64,000 bases of DNA from a virus (lineage: Duplodnaviria; Caudoviricetes): the IMG/VR virus record IMGVR_UViG_3300031949_000016, positions 22,692-86,691 of that record; one strand, given 5' to 3'. Below are positions 20,901 through 27,124 of the stretch, in pieces. Below the pieces are notes generated by a model. That model did no database searches and was not told the DNA's origin. It worked only from the letters and a program-made list of their open reading frames with translations. Both the position numbers and the translations under genes were made by a program. Position 1 is the stretch's first letter; each line of letters opens with the position of its first letter.

Positions 20901-23900
20901 ACTGCCCAGGTCGCAGCGGCAGCCGCTCGAACACCGTGCTCGGCACCGTCTTGCTCGACGCAAGGATACTCTCACCCTGCACATACTGACCGGAGTAGGC
21001 CGACCGATAGTCGCTCTGCTTCACGAACTGATCGACCCGCAGTCCGTGCGGTACATTCGTCATCGGATACGCCGGCTCGACTTCCGTCAGCAGCCGGTCA
21101 TACACCGCCCGCATCTCCGGCGTTAAGTTGATGTCGATGTCCGTACCCTTGATGCGCTTGTAGACCTCGACCAGCCACTTCTTGAACCGCTCAAACAACT
21201 GCCTTAACTGTGGCGTCGGCGCGTACCCGTCCACCATGTACCGCTCGAACCCGCGCGCCCACTCCTCCTGTGCCCCGTTATCCAACCCCATGCGGATCGC
21301 CTGACTGCGTTCAGTCCCCTGCCCCACGATCTCCCCACGCCGATTACTCACAACCGTCACGCCATCGCGCTCGACTGCTTCCCATCCTGTCGGCAACGTG
21401 TCGCTATTCGCCACGATGCGCCCATCCACCAGCGCCACATCCAGGCCGTGCTCCGTTTTCAGCCAATCTCGGAATGTCCCAACGTCATCCAATGCCTGCT
21501 TGCTCACGTGGCTCGCATCGTACAAATCATACAGGAATCCATGCGCCGCCTCGTGCACGAACGACGATGTATCCCGCGCCTCAAAACCCCGTATCGTCCG
21601 CTGCCACCCGTCCACCAACTCAAACGCCGCCTTCGGCGCCCTGCCCCCTCTCCCTTCGAGGGAGAGGGCCGGGGTGAGGGTGGGTTCCATCTGGAACAAC
21701 GGCGTCCCATACTGATCCGTCAATCCCCGCGCCGCCGGATACTTCTTCGCCTCCTCCACCACCGCATTCAACCGATCGATCTGCTCTGGCGTCTTCTCCG
21801 GCCACGCCGACGGACTCACGAACCGGCCACTCTTGATCGCCTGATCGACCTCAGCCTGTGTAAACCCAGTCTCGCTCGCCCACTGTGCAAATTTCTCAGG
21901 CCCTATCGCCCGTGGCGCTTCGCCAATGACACCCGCCCACAGAGAATAAAATTCCTCGGCCGGCAAGTCAAACGTCCGGCTCCATACCCCCGCCTGTGCA
22001 TCCATCAACGCCATCAACGCCGCCACCTTATCCCCGTAGTCCGGCGTCGCCGCGTCATACCACTTCGCCGCCACCTCGTCAGCAAACCGTTGCCGTGTCC
22101 ATGCCGGCGCAGCCGCAGGACCATCACCCGGCAGCGGAGCCACCAACTCCGCCGCCGCCACATTCACATCCGCATCCGCCTGCACCACCTTCGCCACCTG
22201 ATCCGTAGCAGACAGAGCGCCATCGGCCAACCGCTTCGCCGCGTCCGTCTCAGCCATCTTGCGCGCGACGTCCGCCCGCCGCGCCTCGAGCCGCATGTTC
22301 ATTGACTCGACTGCCTCCGTCAATGGCACCTCCGCCGCCGTCCCGTAAGGATCAAGCCCCTTCACCTTCCTGTCCTTATTCACAGCCCGCAGCAACCCCT
22401 GCACCCCCCGATCCCAGCCCGTCGCCTTCAACGCCGCCCGATCCATATTCGCCAACACCGGCACCGGCCTAACCGCAGTCGTACCAGCCGACAATATCTC
22501 ATTGGCCCGCAGCGGCGTCATGGCATTGACGACATCGCTTGTGTAACCAAGATCGTACAGCCGTTGTCGCATATCGCGCGTGATCATCACCGGCACGCGC
22601 GCTTCCCCCTCTGCGCGCATCTGTGGACTAACCATCTCCTCCGCCAGCGCCGCATCCTGTGCCGCCCGCAACTCCTCCGGCGGTATCGCCTCCGCCCTCT
22701 CAATCGGCGGTTGACCCGCGGCTGCCCGCGCCGCGTTCACATCCGGCAACACCTCCACCGGCGTCGGCACGTGCACCGGCGCAGGTCCAACCGGCGCGCG
22801 CTCAGGCGCGAACGGCGTCCGCCCGTTCACCGTCTCAAAATCCGTAGTAACGACTTTAGTCGTTTCTATCCCCGGCTTAATCGGCATCACCTCCATCACC
22901 CGATGCCGCGCCTCCATCCCCTGAATCATAATCATTCGCCGCCTGGTCGTCCGTTCCTTATTGAACGCCAGCCAGCGTTGGCCCTTGATCTTTCGACCCT
23001 TCACATCCTTCATCGAATCGCGGAACGCCGCCACCGCCCGCATATCCTCGTCGTTGAACTTCCTGACTGTCTCGCGCCAGTTCGCAAACGCATCGCCCGT
23101 CGTATCCCCGAACGCCCGCTTGAACTCCGCCGACAAATACGCATCGACCCTAGTGTTGATCGCCAGTTGATCATCGGCCAACTGCGTATACAGATTGTTG
23201 AGAACGTTCTGCGTCTGAATCCACGCCTCGTCTGTGCGCTTGTCCGCGAAGAACTGCGCCAGAATCTTGTTGCGTTCACCGATGAACGTCTCGACTCTCG
23301 CCCGCTTATCGCGCGCCGCCGTCAGCCAGTTATCGCTCAAATTCAAGCCGGCGTCCTTCATGCCCGTCTCGATGCCCCGGTACACCGCGTCCTCATAGTC
23401 GAAGTATGTCTTCCAACTCTGAGCATCCTTCTCCCGCAATTGCTCGATCATGAAATCGCGCAGCGGCTTCTTAGGCTGCTGCTCGATCTTCGCCCACTCC
23501 TCGTCATGCCGCAGCATCGTATACGCATACGTATCAAACAGCCGCGTCTCAATCCCGTCGATGGAATCCAGCGCCGCGCCCACATCTCCGGCCTTAATCG
23601 CTTCCATCGCGTGCGCGCCGAACTGCTCCGCCTCAACCTGCGCCGCCTCGTTCACCGATTGTTCGCCACGCGCCCGAACGTTATCGAACGCTTTTCGAAT
23701 GTGGCCGTCGGTCGGCTTGTCCGGCAACTTACCCAGTTCGTCGTTGATCACCTGATCCAATCCGTCAATCGACAACAGCCGTGTGATCTCGTCGTCGGCC
23801 AATCCCAGGTCACGCGCCACCTGTCCGATGTATTGGTGCAAGATCGGCTTCGGTGCCGCCGCAAAGATCGCTCCCCGGATCTCGCGCGGATTCGCCCCGG

Positions 23901-26900
23901 ACTCGACCGCCGCATACACATACGCCGGATCGATCCCGAAGCCCCGTAACTGTCCTTCCAACTCCGGCGACATATAGTCGATCGCCTTCCCCCTCCGCCA
24001 GTTATGATTTCTGAAATCGAAGAAGCCCTTCACCACCGCCCGCGCCGATTGCCAGCGTTCCACCTTCTGCGCCGCCGCCGTCGCCGGCATCTTGCTAGAA
24101 ATCTTATGCCCCAGTTCCGTGATCTTATGCACCAGATCGGTTTGCTGAAAGCCCGCCGTCAATTCCCGCTCACCAACCTTGTACGCCTTCACCCCCCACG
24201 CCTCGGCGTCGTTCAACTCGGACAAGTCTGCCGCACTCGCGCCGGCCCGCAGCCGTGATGGATCGAGTCCCATGTGCCGCATCCGCTCGATGCCGGCCTT
24301 CACGCCCGTCAAGCCCCACACCCCGCGCGCCATCATCGTCACTTCGCCGTTCCATACGTTGTTCATCAAAAAGCCCAGGTTCGGCCCCATCAACAGCGTA
24401 CTCTCGACGGCCTTCACCGCGCCCGCCAACCGCTGCGCAAAGCCCGGCGGCTGCACCTGGAACGTCTTCGCCGCCCACAAACCCGTGTTCTCCAGGATGA
24501 TGGAGAACAACGCGGCCTTGTACTGCTCGTTATTGAACGGCACCATCCGACCATCTTTGTCCACTTCCTTAAACAACTTCTGGATGGCGACCAAATCGTC
24601 CGCCGTCGCATCAGCAGCGCCAATCTTCAGACGCTCTCCCTTCGCCTTTGCCCCTTTGCCGCTTTGCGTGAGAACCTCAGCGTCCGCGAACTCGCGCAGA
24701 ACCGCCTTGCCATCACCCGCCTTGATCCGTGCAAAGATACCCGCCGGCGTGTCATTCAACGCCCGCGCCGCAGTCTCGATCGCGCCGGCCTGCAATCGGC
24801 TGTTCTTGAAGCCGTCGAGCAGATCCGTGTACGACTCCGCCTCGCCCAGCGACCGCACATGCACCCGCCCCTCCAGCGTCTGCAAAGCGCCGACATACGC
24901 ATCCCGCCCCGCGAAGTCCTTCGGTAGTTTGCTCGGATCAGACCCGATCGTAGACAGCACCGCCGCCGTGATCTTGTCGGCATACAGCGGATCGTTCACG
25001 TCCATCCGATTGTTCAACTGTGACTGCCAGAAGTTGAGGCTCTGGTGCATGTTCTCCTTCGCCTCGCTCATCGGCTCCAGCGTGAACAGCCCCTTGATGC
25101 CCTTCGTCTCGGCGTATGTCCCTGTCTCCGCCAACTTCGCCATCGTCTTGCCCACGTACAACTTCTGTAACCAATTCAGATCGCGCGCCGCCACGAAGTC
25201 GGACCGGAACGGGATCTCGCTCGTGATGATCCTTCGATAATTCTCCAGCGTCTTCACCAGCCCGCCGGTGTAGGCGATGGTGGGAAACGGGAACTTATCC
25301 ATCTTCAACCGATGCGGCGTCGCTGATAGCGCCTTCGCCATCGCCTCGTCTTTCGCAAAGCGTGCGTACAACTTCAATGCGCCCCGCTGCCCCGCGCCGA
25401 TGAAGTTCAGCGGATCGAGCGTGATGTTCAGCGCCAGATCGCGGATCTGCCCCGGCGCTCCGAACGTCGCCGCGGCCAGTGCCTTCACCTGCTCCGGGTT
25501 CGCGCCGTTGATGATCTGCTGCCGTGCCCACGCAATCGCATTCACGCCTGGCATCGGTGCCGGTCCAGTGTCCCAGTCCACGAACTGCGCGTTATCCTGC
25601 CAGCCCCCCCACGGCGTATACGCCGGCTTGCCTTTCACGATCGCATCGGCCAAGTGCTCCACGCCGAACACGCCGCGCACGTCGATGTTCGCCGCCGTGT
25701 ACGTCAACTCCGCCGCATTCCACGCCGCCGCCAGGTTCTCCCCGAACGATTTGCTCTTATCAAATCCATACTGCTGAGGATTGACCAGCGACGCAATTCC
25801 CTGCACACCCGTGCCGATCAATCGTTTGGCCGTCTCAGCCGGCGCGTTCAATACCGTCAACGCCACGCCCGGCAGTGATTGATCGTATGCTCGCTTCGCC
25901 GACGCCAGTTCTTCCGCTGTCTTTGCCGTCTCCTGCATTTGCCGCATCTGCTCGTTCTGGATCAACATCCCGATCGTGCCAGCCGCCCCACCGAGCGCCG
26001 CGCCCAGCGGCCCTAAGATCGCCCCTCCCACCAGCGCCGCCGGCAAGCCACCCTGCAGCGCCGATTGGCCCAGCTGTACCCACGGGTTGCCCATCAGCCG
26101 ACCGAACCCGCCCCGCATCGTTGATTCAGGATCCCCCTCCGGCATCCCGAACTGCTGCCCCTGTGGTTTCCCAACCTCCTCCGGTGTCGTCAGCGGCGTC
26201 ATGCTCACCATCGGATTCAGCACGATGCGCCGATAAACCTTGCCCTTCTCCCGCCGATACTCGATGTTCCAATCCTGCCCCGGCGTGCCAGGGTCGATCA
26301 CGAATCCGCCCTGCTCGTCCAGCGTCTGGAACGGTGAGTAGGGCGCGTATGCTTGCGCCTCCTGATCGGTAGTCGTAGTCGTCGGCGCTTGCAATCCCAT
26401 CCTCGTCGCCGGATTGACCACGTTCGCAATCTGCATGATGCCCGTTACTTCCTCTCCCTTGTAGGGAGAGGGTTGGGGTGAGGGTGTTTCCGCAATCGCC
26501 AACTTCGGCGCAGTCGGCATAGTCGAAGACACCAGTTTTTGCGGTGCCGGTGCCTTAATCCCCAGCATCTTGAACTGTGGTGCCGCCGCCATCCGCTGCC
26601 CGAACGTCTCCCACGCCGGCCGCACCGCCTCGACCGCCTTCATCACCTGCTGGTATCGGGTCAGGCTTTCCTTGTCCGGCATCACGTACAACTTACCGTC
26701 GTCCCTGATCTCGACCTTCGACTTGGCAAAGTTCAACCACGTCGGCGCACGCTGCCGCACGTCCAGCGGTTGATGTGGAACCTTCAACGATTCCCACAGA
26801 CGGCGCGATTGATCCGGCGTAATATCCGGTGGCGCGATCACGCGATCAGTCGTCTTAGGTTTGATCGGGATGAACTTCCAACGAGGTACAGGATTCGGAT

Positions 26901-26919
26901 TGATCGGTGGATTCGGCAT
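5974..26919 (-). CDS. Giant polyvalent protein (~6,980 aa), DarB-like MTase/helicase fused to many domains, probably virion-delivered
   Basis: One uninterrupted ORF; GGAG RBS before ATG 26919; domain motifs listed below; lies downstream of the portal. Confidence 0.9.
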   Translation of the reverse strand: MPNPPINPNPVPRWKFIPIKPKTTDRVIAPPDITPDQSRRLWESLKVPHQPLDVRQRAPTWLNFAKSKVEIRDDGKLYVMPDKESLTRYQQVMKAVEAVRPAWETFGQRMAAAPQFKMLGIKAPAPQKLVSSTMPTAPKLAIAETPSPQPSPYKGEEVTGIMQIANVVNPATRMGLQAPTTTTTDQEAQAYAPYSPFQTLDEQGGFVIDPGTPGQDWNIEYRREKGKVYRRIVLNPMVSMTPLTTPEEVGKPQGQQFGMPEGDPESTMRGGFGRLMGNPWVQLGQSALQGGLPAALVGGAILGPLGAALGGAAGTIGMLIQNEQMRQMQETAKTAEELASAKRAYDQSLPGVALTVLNAPAETAKRLIGTGVQGIASLVNPQQYGFDKSKSFGENLAAAWNAAELTYTAANIDVRGVFGVEHLADAIVKGKPAYTPWGGWQDNAQFVDWDTGPAPMPGVNAIAWARQQIINGANPEQVKALAAATFGAPGQIRDLALNITLDPLNFIGAGQRGALKLYARFAKDEAMAKALSATPHRLKMDKFPFPTIAYTGGLVKTLENYRRIITSEIPFRSDFVAARDLNWLQKLYVGKTMAKLAETGTYAETKGIKGLFTLEPMSEAKENMHQSLNFWQSQLNNRMDVNDPLYADKITAAVLSTIGSDPSKLPKDFAGRDAYVGALQTLEGRVHVRSLGEAESYTDLLDGFKNSRLQAGAIETAARALNDTPAGIFARIKAGDGKAVLREFADAEVLTQSGKGAKAKGERLKIGAADATADDLVAIQKLFKEVDKDGRMVPFNNEQYKAALFSIILENTGLWAAKTFQVQPPGFAQRLAGAVKAVESTLLMGPNLGFLMNNVWNGEVTMMARGVWGLTGVKAGIERMRHMGLDPSRLRAGASAADLSELNDAEAWGVKAYKVGERELTAGFQQTDLVHKITELGHKISSKMPATAAAQKVERWQSARAVVKGFFDFRNHNWRRGKAIDYMSPELEGQLRGFGIDPAYVYAAVESGANPREIRGAIFAAAPKPILHQYIGQVARDLGLADDEITRLLSIDGLDQVINDELGKLPDKPTDGHIRKAFDNVRARGEQSVNEAAQVEAEQFGAHAMEAIKAGDVGAALDSIDGIETRLFDTYAYTMLRHDEEWAKIEQQPKKPLRDFMIEQLREKDAQSWKTYFDYEDAVYRGIETGMKDAGLNLSDNWLTAARDKRARVETFIGERNKILAQFFADKRTDEAWIQTQNVLNNLYTQLADDQLAINTRVDAYLSAEFKRAFGDTTGDAFANWRETVRKFNDEDMRAVAAFRDSMKDVKGRKIKGQRWLAFNKERTTRRRMIMIQGMEARHRVMEVMPIKPGIETTKVVTTDFETVNGRTPFAPERAPVGPAPVHVPTPVEVLPDVNAARAAAGQPPIERAEAIPPEELRAAQDAALAEEMVSPQMRAEGEARVPVMITRDMRQRLYDLGYTSDVVNAMTPLRANEILSAGTTAVRPVPVLANMDRAALKATGWDRGVQGLLRAVNKDRKVKGLDPYGTAAEVPLTEAVESMNMRLEARRADVARKMAETDAAKRLADGALSATDQVAKVVQADADVNVAAAELVAPLPGDGPAAAPAWTRQRFADEVAAKWYDAATPDYGDKVAALMALMDAQAGVWSRTFDLPAEEFYSLWAGVIGEAPRAIGPEKFAQWASETGFTQAEVDQAIKSGRFVSPSAWPEKTPEQIDRLNAVVEEAKKYPAARGLTDQYGTPLFQMEPTLTPALSLEGRGGRAPKAAFELVDGWQRTIRGFEARDTSSFVHEAAHGFLYDLYDASHVSKQALDDVGTFRDWLKTEHGLDVALVDGRIVANSDTLPTGWEAVERDGVTVVSNRRGEIVGQGTERSQAIRMGLDNGAQEEWARGFERYMVDGYAPTPQLRQLFERFKKWLVEVYKRIKGTDIDINLTPEMRAVYDRLLTEVEPAYPMTNVPHGLRVDQFVKQSDYRSAYSGQYVQGESILASSKTVPSTVFERLPLRPGQWVIDDAYGGIYGHEIEQVRLLDPDTLRPTEHMVEGNEQGRGWDADRYAAWLREGRNAPPIRVVEHIDGGHVVTDGHRRLAAAKQAGFPVLAIVSPLMDTGTFDSGGRMMQTGMTYEGALLDAFRRGDAVDLEQVVAVRAEVMDGQYPNLKRKFPDLFTGPDVSDGSLIGAHVAVTGLDEIGKVIDVFTPGRAKLVLDSGREITVPRKDITAVASTPAEIEAMKPSPQRTGIVSEPVVAPEVVQAPEQVAAQFQQMRAEAFRTSPQQAAMFPLGEDLPLVSGAGRRGVVESFAPAEAVPVERLPGFETRPEFGAVSRKGAKPQREAGPMFGEVAPVPATFVKPKAPWEIRRDEYALDSWQEELERFRDRPDILDTKDRKTEIEHFKEIHAGSVNKAIDDGRPVPAEVLADYPVLEKKAQRRWVKPVQSDLVPVVVDNKRVDVALRASIDEMTTADRAEAIQILRDQILVNPVSNAPSVTAYHLVAKRAIQVHSDVDGLKWVNDTFGHGAGDALLRAKAQALREEGIETYHISGDEFYAQFDNVDEAQAAMQRVRDRLNHATVRWVNPDGSTHEATGVRFSYGYGTDATIAEAGLAADKAARIASGERSARGERPGGMVEPVEGAGVGAGGRAFGGGVATGGEVAAGAAKEPWQIRRDEWLQGDIRKQREAQALAKVEDSVAGIGRDKLVEIGYIKPDEATAEPWLERVATKKAEWVSRVLGGGIKNLKKGQSAIEFLSKPWNIFKDSEGETRLRKAALEYVRGRSDGWLEKGEGFDDPRVLTLAKHEAAVGDALEKGLPVPAEVLADYPFLVTKAEAATGYVAVAAAREIGRGAFARGVPRVPPSTMPSEGWKEWLTGWDEANLAADRPVFVRNNGDIGKVVRWDENGDPVVAWSDEPSKPYATKQWREIRARDFEELMGTRLGAARKSTMTAYADEYGWKLAQVELIESPYVRGSRLGERGNRLEWVDRETGKYGTGTASGRVEADGRVFIQGDDGQGYIKQSKEVEYAPSQPETRVSPAEVGEELIQPSGDRVEVTEAVHADVVNPPDEAFKVGDRVSLQDGKHGVISSVDTLQWQSIYGTDAGQSVYVRVKTDVGTDVSARMGELQHEVGEAPAVVRWPEVNGTPHDPADFERIIQYDLKKARSARDSARRRRTPVPRAEDIRKAEGYEKSAAEARRVIAEWTAQNPEEAAKYITPDPVVNAADQINPVATATGVRMQYNKAKSGVEIIFDDKPDQATLDELHAAGFRWSQPQKLWWAKQSERTIAAAKKFAGVVEGGEVSGKLEVVSADVAEVQKFLDAGRGAVLPDQVTPRHVAQTAFQKGDRVKWTTRDGKELTGTIDLNVYGTDTYVSVNVDQIVAVRGVPIGRIENVPLERVEMVEPRPVTPAEVVPSPQPSPYPARTGAFGGEGVMAGRENIARRIADSTRARAPDIVEVTSRKGDDGNWYRNDFFPRGVEGTSEWRVDGFAYRSPEGQTYGTLVDTREELIARHMARQNKDVGEFYDKLLAMPNEKLVEQAQYFLKETPKLEEVSPSPQPSPLLGEGVAPAFKPPEWFNEDYVSDSGYLRVYHDTRSRSGERVYMTYDTRKGDVSTSRVDTSKELSAAIQRVVNKDRLITEAEAVPVAARYEVVRNSRTRLYAVLDREQGGSFIQDVTQAEAERVAGQLNEAAAVPVAHKFNVGDVVNRGAMESYVVTGYADNGRVMVEPKGLNLAERTYSFNEDELTHVTTEAVPVQETVTHLTGEVTPSGDIIVTERPAYIRAKNDIMRVKRWEDEMPVGNWTSSPLVEYRATGSWKPATAGDFTEVGQQQMGGFRRKVIDSYRKEFEGVINAQRLEPTTTEVAGLIPEAIPVRPGDIGNVVVPPAGGGGPVGAGRPIAAVGVEPGAAVEGPVGGVNEPGTELRPGAGVGEGGLAAGRRAGAGGVAGAEPERVAPSPQPSPYEGEGATLPPVVHARNTPQAATGNNYHITASDHLGAGGKKTKYRENIEAIRLLKQLEAEGRKATPEEQEVLVRYVGWGGLAEVFDNKNAARTHWDYKTRRDLNNEWYDQYTEVKDLLTPEEYAAARASTTNAHYTSFDVISGMWQAVQRMGYDGGKVLEPAAGVGHFIGAMPPELFAKSKVVTVEMDTLTGRILNQLYQGTGNHISPYQDLPLPKNYFDLAISNVPFGNFGVADAEFLSRPHWLRGSIHNYYFAKALDQVRPGGMIAFITSSFTMDAPTSQRVREWLHTNGADFVGAIRLPDTAFKQNAGTEVMTDVIFLRKRLIGDTPTDTQWFKVVDWTGQDGKVYQINEYYRDHPEMMIGNAAESTMYKRFDEYSLRSKTDFQKDMNAVAKLTLKLDNPDDLPRMLNETIDRLPEDVIRTRTHLLPTEMEAEIVGRKRGAAGERRKPNAIYKNDQGQIRQYTVEGTLKGLEKPADVKPADWDQALARYPDYVTVRDAYQNVIDALREARPETDVRSAQQSLDAAYDAYVKKHGRFNERSNRRLFADDPDYPLMLSLEKVNETTGKIEKETLLTKIKPRGLPTTAENAHDALAISLLTRGSVDFDQMTRMTGKDVQTLADELGALVYHDPEAGWVTDDEYLSGNVRQKLAQAELLAKADPDYDRNVAALQKAQPAWIGYDKMKVKLGAGWIKPAYVQEFVAHLANYGYDATRAQWLRYIPETGDWVMAAPQWARGSNQMAAKWSTNRRSGIDLVDSILSGRKIEVRDTYKNDAGVEVSVINAKETEAARLVATRIENEFDKWVWTDEARRADLEKTYNDTFTSNVNRKYDGRKVYPDQRLPGMSETIEPLRDAQLTAIWRGVHTPNFGLFHDVGAGKTRIMIGIGMEQRRMGLRHNLMYVVPKDNYTDFSKEFHQMYPTANILELTARDISDEARRTLMMAKIAAGEYDAVLVPHSTFTLIPVRDETFNAYKQERIDSLKILLDELNDQAASYGSERDLRQQDPALDRSIRRLKNQIEKEGEQLRTPEKAAAEQAAKEARVSRKKGKTVKEKEKAIARKEAKVEEQFLKLEARRDRGLTFEDLGVDQMFVDEAHKFKNLPIDTNMATHVRGLGSTGKSSQRAEDLYMKLKYLQSRGGGSTFATGTPLSNSGSELYTMMKYLYSDRLKAMGIESFNAWAAMFANIYGRPERSATGGAWTRVNRFREYQNGRALLPLLFEFSDIQTADMLSLERPAFDIINHVIPQTEYQIRLNEDFQRRWKNIKPPRPGEKAEDYAFTIMNDAKDVALDIRLYDAAAADAGDSKVNTLVKNVDEIYKQTQDYNGAQLIFLNRGVYEHTMAAEEGAAARLKLSIYNDVRDKLIKAGVPKEEIAYIQDYPLGGASDKAVAKAMAARRELFEAVNDGKVRIVFGTYEGLGTGVNLQRRLFAVHEVDVPYKPSELTQSEGRILRPGNLHKAWDKSVQIHRYMLENSGDSFNWNLIVNKAKLMNQIFSGDVTIDSFETPDAGASGFDMSYVSTWNDPRALEYVDVSSRYTLLEMARNEFADRQKSYERRLARAQSDIPFYEKQAAEYAATAEKVAARRAEKFGATLNGKAIEKVGEAGDEVIAYVKKNFEAMNEENAKQLGAVWRTIGDTSSGFEVKVTARRNEYRDGKRIVDRPWFDVQIAFRDDPTIIYRRMGGFWLGEENAVTVGQIVNRNVADDITIASQTASGNATAARNSVAAAEAGLRETFPEEDEWKKLSVRMPELQAYMDNLQTVAAEKVAEVDGVNADTEASMKAEDLADDQVESPIEQTPRQVLYQVGDPVPAAVMGIPAPNGRGFMGGTTTARGADPTKTYDLRWRLVEMDDLIASHDSVGNVNAAYPPELQPRDRANAVNMLQVREIASKFESAAYLDDVRSIDRGAPIVGADGVVESGNGRTLALRMVADNAPEKYADYRDKLIARAGEYGFAPEQVGQMTRPVLVRERPSTALRSAQDAIAERMEFARAANVTPSAAMSASELAQRDARILSPVILNSLTIGESQTIEQALRSPANIDAVRAFVDALPETERGDVVDAAGNLSQNGIKRMTAALFAKTYPGEAGQRLVRVFFESTDNDIKRIANGMMASLGDVARAEGLIASGSRYAEFSIANDLAISVDKLATLRAEGTPVAHYLGQMQLFEKDLTPFQTDVLVTLDDLGRSGKKIGILLRDYASRVKASADPHQISMFAIEAPKKDTLWQLSKQALWGVDTPTGGLELYKMAEGESVPTSEGNKVVKQVTPKQVTVENPNGTTTAIPIIKPGSLPLPPGIVNEIGSMPTPYASAAMDVWQKQTMPVIDALESRMIEGLQSPYVKTGQTLDEPAKLGLNRWLDQQYGNMSNTNLGAMKWGEWLRDAALLNYSRRYKYNTLLGMVFPYEFWTTQSMMKWALHSIDKPSLVASYFRINKFLNTEVTREGTPSRLAGRIKIPLPFLPDWMGGGIFIDPMKIGLPIQNFIYPWEQFAEQEGRLTAKADRILTGWQDDDQQDADQVRSALESHSGTLWESAIAEAKKQDPNLDVDGVDLAFSVLSPHLPLSMAYNQLNGHPERNSPVPLTRYARAVSNALGVGDNLVNGVTRTLGLPVFDQWSDYRIDREISNMAADGLISADEARTAMIERKGQAFDIAVAREATMNFWQTGFGGLFGSAVGVYPEGEKKQRELGLLYSAAWQAQNNGDTGSITKFFNEHPEYEARLALYDNKDDRLRNFLVDKVWEKWANMPHAYRLDVQQAFGNDFDTMFLNKDTRSYSSIPIETLQQWAATMGMMIPNGPDVKPLPVEWTDPITAKQIEGYYTLREAMFNWPNVSDAQTEYFNLDHEKLDFTGAPAAVTDFVGLVRAQWPNIEQVIGEYLDLPKGSTERRQYKAAHPELTAYWNAVDRWKAQHPSLAGYVGSAGKMQNAVAVRVRDQFLQDNPAIEVYWDWRRSFLGQYPAVQPYLDETAKMYAQNETPAASDWYDAGYTIPPELSNIAVAWIFGGRRPNSSAMKKFTAAWNQAGQPYGSVEEWVMREMALQ
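8490..9580 (-). other. ddrB-like ParB-superfamily domain in the giant protein
   Basis: LIASHD...YPPELQPRDR...GAPIVGADGVVESGNGRTLAL. Confidence 0.65.
10660..12530 (-). other. SF2 (SNF2-like) helicase domains in the giant protein
   Basis: HDVGAGKT, FVDEAHKFKN, ATGTPLSN, GTGVNLQ, QSEGRILRPGN. Confidence 0.9.
14100..15010 (-). other. N6-adenine DNA methyltransferase domain in the giant protein
   Basis: YVGWGGL, NAHYT, VLEPAAGVGHF, ISNVPFG, VRPGGMIAFITS. Confidence 0.9.
15099..15404 (-). CDS. Nested out-of-frame ORF (101 aa) inside the giant gene
   Basis: Own GAGGGGG RBS 6 nt before ATG; helical protein-like sequence where the host frame is low-complexity Gly/Ala/Pro. Confidence 0.55.
   Translation of the reverse strand: MLNDWNPLPPKLQDLYRRLSPFGQEILEMWWFHRPEVVDQWEQDGQLLPLVSSLAQRSKDQLAELMSQGRSYDQALELVKADWPLEDAPEPEELPEPSLSE
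19153..19510 (-). other. GGDEF-type diguanylate cyclase domain in the giant protein
   Basis: DVDGLKWVNDTFGHGAGDALL...HISGDEF...RFSYG. Confidence 0.85.
20620..20830 (-). other. ParB/sulfiredoxin-like domain in the giant protein
   Basis: PPIRVV...VTDGHRRLAAA. Confidence 0.7.
21080..21640 (-). other. Zincin-like metallopeptidase region in the giant protein
   Basis: FVHEAAH with downstream EEWARGFERY...LFERFKKWLVEVY. Confidence 0.6.
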
Positions 26920-26936
26920 TTGCTTCTCCAAAATAA

Positions 26937-26998
26937 AACGCGCCGACTGTTTGGGCAGTTCTGTGTGACTGCCCAAAGTCGGCGCGTTGTTGTCCGTT
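26937..26998 (-). promoter_or_regulatory. Conserved leader hairpin, copy 1 (attenuator-like)
   Basis: AACGGACAAC-AACGCGCCGAC...GTCGGCGCGTT-TTATTTT directly upstream of the giant gene. Confidence 0.55.
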
Positions 26999-27045
26999 AG
27001 CCAGACGAAGTACCCGTCCCCAAAAGAATGGGGATTGTTTCATCT

Positions 27046-27075
27046 ATCTTATCATAGTCAAACTTCATAAGTCAA
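27046..27075 (-). promoter_or_regulatory. Late-gene promoter
   Basis: TTGACT-18-TAAGAT with extended TG. Confidence 0.6.
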
Positions 27076-27089
27076 TTTGGTTCCTATCC

Positions 27090-27118
27090 TTGACATGCAC
27101 ACGCAGCGCGTATATAAT
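27090..27118 (+). promoter_or_regulatory. Consensus sigma70 promoter of the RAMP cassette
   Basis: TTGACA-17-TATAAT; ATG 6 nt downstream. Confidence 0.85.
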
Positions 27119-27124
27119 GTACGC

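Noticed and set aside
6364-25240. Long + strand ORFs opposite the giant gene (6364-7722, 16954-18039, 22564-23949, 24179-25240 and others)
   Set aside because: Arg/His/Pro-rich shadow frames expected from GC-rich codon bias; no motifs or RBS
26920-26976. ORF-track start for the giant protein at 26976
   Set aside because: Non-ATG start inside the leader hairpin; ATG 26919 has a GGAG RBS. Extended starts at 2767, 4571, 29500, 41221 and 43342 were shortened for similar reasons
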